This document shows positions 52,601-58,711 of a stretch of 64,000 nt of DNA, piece after piece; within the stretch, counting starts at the first letter, position 1, and every line of letters begins with the position of its first letter. A program made the translations under genes and the position numbers. The stretch lies in contig NIVC01000272.1 of assembly GCA_002269645.1 (NCBI GenBank), positions 186,001 through 250,000 of the forward strand, given 5' to 3'. Under the pieces are notes generated by a model. It was not told the DNA's origin. It did not search any database and worked only from the letters and a program-made list of their open reading frames with translations. This stretch comes from Macrostomum lignano (taxonomy: Eukaryota).

Positions 52601-55600
52601 TCAGGTGACAAGGGTTCAGGTGACAAGGGTTCAGGTGACAAGGGTTCAGGTGACAAGGGTTCAGGTGACAAGGGTTCAGGTGACAAGGGTTCAGGTGACA
52701 AGGGTTCAGGTGACAAGGGTTCAGGTGACAAGGGTTCAGGTGACAAGGGTTCAGGTGACAAGGGTTCAGGTGACAAGGGTTCAGGTGACAAGGGTTCAGG
52801 TGACAAGGGTTCAGGTGACAAGGGTTCAGGTGACAAGGGTTCAGGTGACAAGGGTTCAGGTGAGAAGGGTTAATTCAGGTGCTAGCAGGGTTGCCCACAC
52901 CAGTTAGCCAACACTGCCACTCCGCACCCGCAGTCGGCAACACAACCTTCGAATTCGGGGTCGGCGGCCGGGCCGGCCGGCTGTCGTTCGAGTTCGTGGA
53001 CAACAACAGCCTGCCGAACACGCGCCGCGACGAGATCACGTTGGGCTTCCAGACTCTTAAGAGCAGCGGGGTGCTGGTGTTCCTGACCGCCAGCTTCCCC
53101 ACCTCCGACTTCATCCTCATCGCCATCGTGAGCTCAGTTTCTCAGCTTTAACTCTTCATTGGAGTGACTCTTCATTGGAGTGACTCTTCATTGGAGTGAC
53201 TCTTCATTGGAGTGACTCTTCATTGGAGTGACTCTTCATTGGAGTGACTCTTCATTGGAGTGACTCTTCATTGGAGTGACTCTTCATTGGAGTGACTCTT
53301 CATTGGAGTGACTCTTCATTGGAGTGACTCTTCATTGGAGTGACTCTTCATTGGAGTGACTCTTCATTGGAGTGACTCTTCATTGGAGTGACTCTTCATT
53401 GGAGTGACTCTTCATTGGAGTGACTCTTCATTGGAGTGACTCTTCATTGGAGTGACTCTTCATTGGAGTGACTCTTCATTGGAGTGACTCTTCATTGGAG
53501 TGACTCTTCATTGGAGTGACTCTTCATTGGAGTGACTCTTCATTGGAGTGACTCTTCATTGGAGTGACTCTTCATTGGAGTGACTCTTCATTGGAGTGAC
53601 TCTTCATTGGAGTGACTCTTCATTGGAGTGACTCTTCATTGGAGTGACTCTTCATTGGAGTGACTCTTCATTGGAGTGACTCTTCATTGGAGTGACTCTT
53701 CATTGGAGTGACTCTTCATTGGAGTGACTCTTCATTGGAGTGACTCTTCATTGGAGTGACTCTTCATTGGAGTGACTCTTCATTGGAGTGACTCTTCATT
53801 GGAGTGACTCTTCATTGGAGTGACTCTTCATTGGAGTGACTCTTCATTGGAGTGACTCTTCATTGGAGTGACTCTTCATTGGAGTGACTCTTCATTGGAG
53901 TGACTCTTCATTGGAGTGACTCTTCATTGGAGTGACATCGAGTGATTCTCATCGATTCCACCGCCCCCCGCAGTGGTCTGGCCGCGTTGTCGTGCAGTAC
54001 AACCTGAAAGCCCGCCGGCTGCAGCTGACGAGCGGCCCCGGCGTCAACGTGGCCGACGGCCGCTACCATCGGCTGCGCCTCCTACGCGAAGAGGCCGGCG
54101 TCAGCCTCTTCCTAGATGACGAGCCTGCCGTGATTCTGCAGCCAGGTTGACCTCTGTGCTCTCTACTTGTCTCCCATTTTATTTACTTATCTCCCATTCT
54201 ATCTACTTGTCTCCCATTCTATCTACTTGTCTCCCATTCTATCTACTTGTCTCCCATTCTATCTACTTATCTCCCATTCTATCTACTTGTCTCCCATTCT
54301 ATCTACTTATCTCCCATTCTATCTACTTGTCTCCCATTCTATCTACTTGTCTCCCATTCTATCTACTTGTCTCCCATTCTATCTACTTGTCTCCCATTCT
54401 ATCTACTAAATCTCCCATTCTATCTACTTGTCTCCCATTCTATCTACTTGTCTCCCATTTTATATACTTGTCTCCCATTTTATCTACTTATCTCCCATTC
54501 TATCTACTTATCTCCCATTCTATCTACTTGTCTCCCATTCTATCTACTTGTCTCCCATTTTATCTACTTGTCTCCCATTCTATCTACTTGTCTCCCATTC
54601 TATCTACTTGTCTCCCATTCTATCTACTTATCTCCCATTCTATCTACTTGTCTCCCATTCTATCTACTTATCTCCCATTCTATCTACTTGTCTCCCATTC
54701 TATCTACTTGTCTCCCATTCTATCTACTTGTCTCCCATTCTATCTACTTGTCTCCCATTCTATCTACTTGTCTCCCATTCTATCTACTTGACTCTTATTC
54801 TATCTACTTGACTCTTATTCTATCTACTTGACTCTTATTCTATCTACTTGACTACCATTCTATCTCTTGTTTCTCCTGGGGATTATCCATCTGATCCCAT
54901 TCTATCTGTCTATTGTATTCGCTGCAGGACGCGACGCGGGCACGCAGTTCAACAAGCAAAAGTACATTCAAGTAGGCGGTGCCGACCCCAGCCGGGACAG
55001 CCCGGCCCGCGCCATGCTGAACGCTGGGCTCGGCGGGGACGGCGTCGTCGGAGGCCAACAGAAGCGTCGGCGACGAAGGCGACGCCGGTGGCGGCGGCAG
55101 AAACGGCGCCGGCGCAGCGTCGGCGACTGGCCGCACTTCGAAGGCCAGCTGGTCGGCCTGGTGGTGAACGGCCTGCCGCTCAGCCGCATCGCGGCAGGCG
55201 AGGAGGCCGCCGCCGACCTGGTCCGTCTGCGCACCAGCTGGCACGGCGGCGTCCGGCTGGTTGGCGCCGATTTTCGGCCGAATTTGGCCGGCTTCCCACC
55301 TGAGGACCGGCCGGCCTACTACAGAGATCCCCAGCTGCTGCCGGCCACTAGCCCGGCTGGGGTAAGCGTTGCAAGTTGCACACTATATAGTGCGCATGCA
55401 CTCACTATGACTAGTACGCTCGTGCACCTGTTTTAGTATGCATGTACTTTCTAAGTACGCGTGCACCTATTGAAGTGCGCATGCACTTTCAAAGTGCACG
55501 TGCACTTTTATTTACCTTTGGAATCTCCTTGGAATTTCAACTCTAGATTCTGCTTGGAATTCTCTCTCTCGAAATTCTTCTGGGATTACCGTCGTGGCTT

Positions 55601-56498
55601 CCCTGGGGATTCCCCTTCAGATTCTCGTCTGAATCCTGTTTAGGATTCTCTCTGAGATGATCTGTGGGAATTATCTTTGGAATTATTTAGATCTCTCGTA
55701 GCATTACTCTGAATGAAAAGCTTGTAGTCATTCTTTTAAACTAAAATGCACTTAACTTGGAGCAACTTTATAGTTGGCCCGTCGTAAAAATAGTGCAAAA
55801 AGTCTGCTTTTTCCGCACCCAGCCTGGCCCCACCGGCATCATCGGCCCGGCAGTCCAGTGCGCGTCTGCCGACGGCTGCGACACCCGCGAGGGCCCCGGC
55901 AGCAGCGGAGGAAGCGGCATCATCGTCCCGGCGGACTACAGGACCGGCAACTCTGACGGGTGATCAGCTTTGGGACAGCTTTGGAATTGACTGAGTCAGG
56001 GTTGTAGTTGGCTGAGTCAGGGTTGTAGTTGGCTGAGTCAGGGTTGGAGTTGGCTGAGTCAGGGTTGGAGTTGGCTGAGTCAGGGTTGGAGTTGGCTGAG
56101 TCAGATGTAAGGCTCGAGGCGGTTGAGTTCACTGGTTCCACATCACCGATTCCAGAGATCCGGACGCGGCTCAGGCGACGAAGCCGCCGTCAACCAGCGG
56201 CGGGGACTCGAACGCTGAGGGCGGCGGCAAAGGCGGCAAGCAGCCTCAGTCAGCCAAGATTGACATCTTCATCATCGTGATTGTCGCCGCGGCCGGAGCG
56301 GTGCTGCTGCTGGTGTTTTTCTGCCTGATCTACCGCTGCCGCAGCAAAAACGAGGGCTCGTACCGGGTGGACGAGACGCAGAACTTCGCCGAGGACCCAG
56401 CGCTGAAGCCGTTGCGGGGCGGCCTGCACCAGTCCAACGGCGACGTGCGGACTAAAATTGCGTCGAAGAAACGCGACATCAAGGAGTGGTACGTGTGA
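3178..56498 (+). CDS. Nrx-1: alpha-neurexin, complete 16-exon gene model: join(3178..4015,24260..24406,26943..27133,33981..34130,38795..39157,39724..40213,42284..42507,46778..46892,50015..50358,50732..51118,52195..52432,52934..53127,53974..54145,54928..55361,55823..55959,56156..56498), 1588 aa
   Basis: Manual splicing gives GT-AG at all 15 introns, matching phases and a 4767-nt open frame. Domain order is SP-LNS1-EGF-LNS2-LNS3-EGF-LNS4-LNS5-EGF-LNS6-Cys [19 protein letters not shown], which is diagnostic of alpha-neurexin (KEWYV as in invertebrate Nrx-1). Confidence 0.95.
7410..8233. repeat. 25-bp minisatellite, about 33 near-perfect copies
   Basis: Unit ctgccactgcagatctccctccact. Confidence 0.97.
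8234..9449. repeat. 12-bp minisatellite (cactctgcctct and variants)
   Basis: Continues directly from the 25-mer array. Confidence 0.97.
9546..9813. repeat. 12-bp minisatellite (gagtgagacgga)
   Basis: About 20 perfect copies from 9571. Confidence 0.97.
10600..11115. repeat. CT-rich repeat with 12-bp ctctccatctcc units
   Basis: Direct inspection. Confidence 0.9.
11425..12373. repeat. about 35-39-bp minisatellite (ggcagtttgattgacaggctgatt + variable spacer)
   Basis: Direct inspection. Confidence 0.93.
13100..13925. repeat. 12-bp pyrimidine-rich minisatellite (ccctgtcctcct/ccctgtccttct)
   Basis: Direct inspection. Confidence 0.95.
16281..17325. repeat. 40-bp minisatellite, about 26 copies
   Basis: Unit tggattgctaatctagcctatcatgggtgcaggaatagaa. 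Confidence 0.97.
17745..18510. repeat. 12-bp minisatellite (gagacacactgg / gagacacaatga), degenerate at its 5' end
   Basis: Direct inspection. Confidence 0.95.
18519..19772. repeat. 20/22-bp minisatellite (cagcaggaacagaagcagaa[ca]), left arm
   Basis: Direct inspection; interrupted by the LINE. Confidence 0.96.
19773..20417 (+). mobile_element. 5'-truncated non-LTR retrotransposon (RNase H + CCHC zinc knuckle; I/R1/Loa/Tad1-type)
   Basis: Open frame 19778..20392: [34 protein letters not shown] (RNase H C-terminal half), then [17 protein letters not shown] (CX2CX7HX4C), stop, and a short GAA/A-rich tail. Flanked on both sides by agaacacagcag. Confidence 0.88.
20418..20540. repeat. 20/22-bp minisatellite, right arm after the LINE
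   Basis: Same unit as 18519..19772. Confidence 0.93.
22077..23380. repeat. 12-bp minisatellite (gagacacactgg family), second array
   Basis: Same units and orientation as 17745..18510. Confidence 0.96.
24260..24406 (+). CDS. Nrx-1: neurexin exon 2: start of LNS2
   Basis: ctcccctgcag acceptor; [50 protein letters not shown]; donor G|GTGAGT; phase 1-1. Confidence 0.92.
24415..24910. repeat. 21-bp minisatellite (ccgggatgtgggattgagaat) starting just after the exon 2 donor
   Basis: Direct inspection. Confidence 0.94.
25853..26830. repeat. 16-bp minisatellite (cagctaccccacaccc) with cagctaac variants
   Basis: Ends about 110 nt before the exon 3 acceptor. Confidence 0.95.
26943..27133 (+). CDS. 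Nrx-1: neurexin exon 3: LNS2
   Basis: ctcctgccgcag acceptor; [36 protein letters not shown]; donor AAG|GTAAGC; phase 1-0. Confidence 0.92.
27655..27708. repeat. (CT)n microsatellite
   Basis: Direct inspection. Confidence 0.95.
28175..29830. repeat. complex 9-18-bp minisatellite (tgtgtccgggtg/tccgaatg/tttgactg) with a 496-bp higher-order duplication
   Basis: Near-identical ORFs at 28420 and 28916. Confidence 0.92.
30483..31440. repeat. CT-rich minisatellite (tctcatccactctctccctc/tcttttcctc)
   Basis: Direct inspection. Confidence 0.93.
31975..33700. repeat. 22-bp minisatellite (gctagattagcaatccatattg), about 78 copies
   Basis: Direct inspection; shares an inverted 19-bp core with 16281..17325. 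Confidence 0.97.
33981..34130 (+). CDS. Nrx-1: neurexin exon 4: LNS2
   Basis: catcaccag acceptor; [21 protein letters not shown]; donor GAG|GTGAGA; phase 0-0. Confidence 0.9.
34162..34605. repeat. CA-rich minisatellite (caacacaacaacaggac-type) just after the exon 4 donor
   Basis: Direct inspection. Confidence 0.92.
34605..34900 (+). mobile_element. probable tRNA-derived SINE or tRNA-Glu-like pseudogene head, with unresolved 3' boundary
   Basis: ggtagacgcatctgactctcgcgccgcgacccctggtttaattcc resembles the anticodon arm, variable loop and T-arm of tRNA-Glu(CTC), with a degenerate B-box at 34642..34652. The 5' end/A-box is missing and a non-tRNA body follows. Confidence 0.4.
35485..36170. repeat. 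30/31-bp minisatellite (attcccccacagctcattcccgacccctcag)
   Basis: Direct inspection. Confidence 0.94.
36825..37810. repeat. CT-rich 12/14-bp minisatellite (ctatctccctcc, ctgtctctctcc) plus (CT)n
   Basis: Direct inspection. Confidence 0.93.
38215..38697. repeat. 28-bp minisatellite (cccagtcaaagagtcacgtgaatctaat), about 17 copies
   Basis: Ends about 100 nt before exon 5. Confidence 0.95.
38795..39157 (+). CDS. Nrx-1: neurexin exon 5: end of LNS2, start of LNS3
   Basis: cttcctcgccag acceptor; [45 protein letters not shown]; donor CAG|GTGAGA. Confidence 0.92.
39158..39545. repeat. GAGAT/GTGAGAT degenerate repeat starting at the exon 5 donor
   Basis: Direct inspection. Confidence 0.9.
39724..40213 (+). 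CDS. Nrx-1: neurexin exon 6: LNS3 and EGF2
   Basis: ctctccccgccag acceptor; [46 protein letters not shown]; donor A|GTGAGT, phase 1. Confidence 0.93.
40195..40326 (+). repeat. 34-bp x4 tandem repeat spanning the exon 6/intron 6 junction
   Basis: Unit ggggagacctgctcggaca|gtgagttcgggttgt. Confidence 0.95.
40327..40815. repeat. 19/20-bp minisatellite (ccctccacaccgatgtgac[c])
   Basis: Direct inspection. Confidence 0.94.
42284..42507 (+). CDS. Nrx-1: neurexin exon 7: LNS4
   Basis: ccctgtttcag acceptor; [31 protein letters not shown]; donor AAG|GTGAGG. Confidence 0.92.
42498..43045 (+). repeat. G-rich 19-bp (gggaacctcagggcggatg) then 23-bp (gggaaccaaggtgagggcggatg) array beginning at the exon 7 donor
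   Basis: Direct inspection. Confidence 0.95.
43455..44605. repeat. GA-rich compound minisatellite (gagagagggagat; gagagaagtgtacagaagagggt)
   Basis: Direct inspection. Confidence 0.93.
46405..46720. repeat. 43-bp C-rich minisatellite, about 7 copies
   Basis: Unit cagaccctcctcacacctcagccctgcacccacctccctcccc; ends about 57 nt before exon 8. Confidence 0.92.
46778..46892 (+). CDS. Nrx-1: neurexin exon 8: LNS4
   Basis: ttccgcag acceptor; [32 protein letters not shown]; donor A|GTGAGC, phase 1. Confidence 0.92.
47806..48457. repeat. 8/10-bp minisatellite (ataggtgtac)
   Basis: Direct inspection. Confidence 0.94.
50015..50358 (+). CDS. Nrx-1: neurexin exon 9: end of LNS4, start of LNS5
   Basis: ccgctgccag acceptor; [47 protein letters not shown]; donor CAG|GTGGGC. 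Confidence 0.9.
50480..50690. repeat. 8-bp repeat (ccctacaa; TTGTAGGG on the - strand), degenerate at its 5' end
   Basis: Direct inspection. Confidence 0.85.
50732..51118 (+). CDS. Nrx-1: neurexin exon 10: LNS5
   Basis: tag acceptor; [40 protein letters not shown]; donor CAG|GTGAGC. Confidence 0.92.
51152..52175. repeat. 22-bp minisatellite (aatccgattcacacaattctgc) filling intron 10
   Basis: Direct inspection. Confidence 0.93.
52195..52432 (+). CDS. Nrx-1: neurexin exon 11: end of LNS5 and EGF3
   Basis: [48 protein letters not shown]; donor G|GTGGGT, phase 1. Confidence 0.92.
52471..52871 (+). repeat. 15-bp minisatellite (tga[g/c]aagggttcagg), about 27 copies
   Basis: Direct inspection. 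Confidence 0.97.
52934..53127 (+). CDS. Nrx-1: neurexin exon 12: LNS6
   Basis: cacccgcag acceptor; [34 protein letters not shown] (Asp at the position of the Ca2+ ligand); donor ATC|GTGAGC. Confidence 0.92.
53151..53936. repeat. 16-bp minisatellite (actcttcattggagtg), about 49 essentially perfect copies
   Basis: Fills about 786 of the 846 nt of intron 12. Confidence 0.98.
53974..54145 (+). CDS. Nrx-1: neurexin exon 13: LNS6
   Basis: ccccccgcag acceptor; [33 protein letters not shown]; donor AG|GTTGAC, phase 1, at the SS4-equivalent position. Confidence 0.9.
54160..54910. repeat. 20-bp minisatellite (tctatctacttgtctcccat) filling intron 13
   Basis: Direct inspection. Confidence 0.96.
54928..55361 (+). 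CDS. Nrx-1: neurexin exon 14: end of LNS6 with polybasic insert
   Basis: gctgcag acceptor; [12 protein letters not shown]...[21 protein letters not shown]; donor GGG|GTAAGC. Confidence 0.88.
55823..55959 (+). CDS. Nrx-1: neurexin exon 15: stalk with Cys-loop
   Basis: ttttccgcacccag acceptor; [32 protein letters not shown]; donor GG|GTGATC (phase 2) fits exon 16. Confidence 0.75.
55991..56104. repeat. 21-bp minisatellite (tgagtcagggttggagttggc), about 5.5 copies
   Basis: Direct inspection. Confidence 0.92.
56156..56498 (+). CDS. Nrx-1: neurexin exon 16: stalk, TM helix, cytoplasmic tail
   Basis: ttccag acceptor, phase 2; [27 protein letters not shown]; [12 protein letters not shown] band-4.1-type motif; [13 protein letters not shown] ligand. 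Confidence 0.95.
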
Positions 56499-58518
56499 CC
56501 CGCTGACCTCTGCCGCTCCTCCGACCCAACGCCGTCCCTCTTGAGCTACCGTTTCGCCTTTCTCCGCACACGTGGATGGACCTCTCCAAGGCCATTATTT
56601 GCACAACATAGACTGAGCTTAGCCCTGACAAATCAGCCAGGAACTGCCAATATCGACATCTACTTAGTCGGAATCAGAATTGTTGAGTAAAAGCATCACA
56701 AAGCATTGACTTATAAAAGAACTTCATGGACTGCATGGAAACTTCTTGTAGCATTTAATTAGCAGTCTCTGTACTTTAATGCTAGGGAGATAAACCCTCA
56801 CTTTCGTACCTGTTACCGATGCTGTTATATGCACTTTATGCAAAAGTCGATCCCAAAGTCACTAACCAATCCAGCTGTCAATGCATTTTTTATTAGCTAA
56901 GACTTGACCGCACAGCCCCAGCAGACCTTCATTCTCGCAATAGCTCCGCAATGTGTCAACCTCTGACCCCGGGTTTCCACCGCCGCAAACCATTGCAAAG
57001 TTGAACGATTTCCTCAATGCACCCGACCGCCCACGCAATTGCGAAACCATGCTGGCTCTTGAACTTGCTCAATAACAAATAGCAATCTGACTGAACATGA
57101 CCTTGAATTTCATTAACCTAATTTGTCTGCTCTTATTACACCTATAAAAGTACTTTATCATGTCACGGATGTACAGTTTATGGCACGTGTACTCTAACAG
57201 CAACTTTCTAAATGCATAAATATACACTTATTGATTCCGGATGTAACTTCAAATGCATTAAAAACTACTTATACAAGTAGTATAGAGTATCTGTTTCGGT
57301 ATAGATTAATAACTGAAAAATATCAGAAAGATTCAATTTTTCTAGATCAACGTGATCGACAGGACTCACACGAGAAGAGAAATAACTTTATTTATTTAGG
57401 AATTTTACATCTAGTGAACAGTTGCAATTACTAGCATAGTTATAAGTTTTTAATTAATTAATAATGTTAATTATCAGCTACGCAACACAACACTGGCTGG
57501 GGAGTTGCTCAGGTGACATGTGTTGCATATTGATTCAGTGCAGCAGCAGCAGCTAGTGGCTACGAAGATGCAAAGCACAGCTATGACTCATCAACTATCA
57601 GCCAAAAGCTGACGTGGACAGCAGGTGCATAAAATGAAGCGACGGGAATCCTGGATTAAAAAGAGCATTTAAAATTAATATGGATAAATTATTGAATAAA
57701 GGAGCTTGTTTTTCATTGACAGACTAGATAAGCAGTGCGTTAAAAATAGGAAAGCAGTGACTCAAGACCACTCTAAAACGACAAGATGTCACGGCACGAT
57801 TCACCAAAACGTCGCCAAAGAATCGCCTCCGACTCTGGCGCCGTGGAGTCGCTGTAGAATCAGTGAGTTGCGGCTGCCTCACATTATGAATTTGAAATCG
57901 CATTTCGCATTTTTAACAACTCTCCGTATTCAGCCTACTTGAGTTAGTAGAAAGTTAAGCGCCAACCACAACGACTCTTTGACAGTCATTTGAGTCGTTA
58001 AAAAGTCGCAAGAGTCGCCCCCGGAGTCATCGCTGTGACGAATTTCCCAGCGGCCTGCTGAGGTGACTAGGGCAGCTTAGTGACTCATAAAAATCTGCAT
58101 ATATTACTCAATCTAACTATACTACTACATCTGTTGAATTGCACAAGTAGAGAGCGAGAGTAAAGTTCGTACAAATACGGGTGTAAAATGTGTATCGCAC
58201 AGTCTATAGCAGGCTTATAAGCGTCATAATAATAATAATATTGATAATATATAATAACGAAACGTAAACGCGAACACGAGCCTGATTATCTTGGGCCTAA
58301 TTGACCGAATCTCCTAAGTGAACAGCGGAGACGCGCAGGCCAAACAATTATGCAATTTTTATCTGGACAGGCGGGCAGCAGGTGAGAGCGGAGGAAAGAG
58401 GGGGGGGCACAGCGGGGAATGCAGAGTGCCGGACAAAAATAGAGACAGATATCATTAGTTTGAATTTGCATGACAGCCCAGCAGACCAGCTCAACCTGTC
58501 AATCAAATCGCCAGATGC

Positions 58519-58686
58519 TCAGTCCTCGGCCTTCGTGCCGCGCACCTGGCCGGAGGCGATCTGGCTGTCCAAATCGCGCTTGGTCCGCTCCTCCAGCTGG
58601 CGGATGTCCTCCATGGTGAGGCCGAACCACTGGTCGGTGAGGCAGAACACCTGCCTGTGGAAGTTCGTGAAGATGCGGCGCTCCAT
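58519..58686 (-). CDS. PITP: last coding exon of a class I phosphatidylinositol transfer protein (PITP alpha/beta-like); rest of gene lies beyond the window
   Basis: Minus strand: cacccgcag|ATG GAG CGC... translates to MERRIFTNFHRQVFCLTDQWFGLTMEDIRQLEERTKRDLDSQIASGQVRGTKAED*, matching the PITP C-terminal motif ERR(L/I)FTNFHRQ(L/V)FCxxDxWxxLTMxDIRxxEEETK. This frame is absent from the supplied ORF track. Confidence 0.92.
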   Translation of the reverse strand: MERRIFTNFHRQVFCLTDQWFGLTMEDIRQLEERTKRDLDSQIASGQVRGTKAED

Positions 58687-58711
58687 CTGCGGGTGGTTTG
58701 AGGGCGGTTGG

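Noticed and set aside
52433-52933. Beta-neurexin promoter and first exon before LNS6
   Set aside because: The intron is 501 nt, of which 401 are satellite, and no signal-peptide exon is visible.
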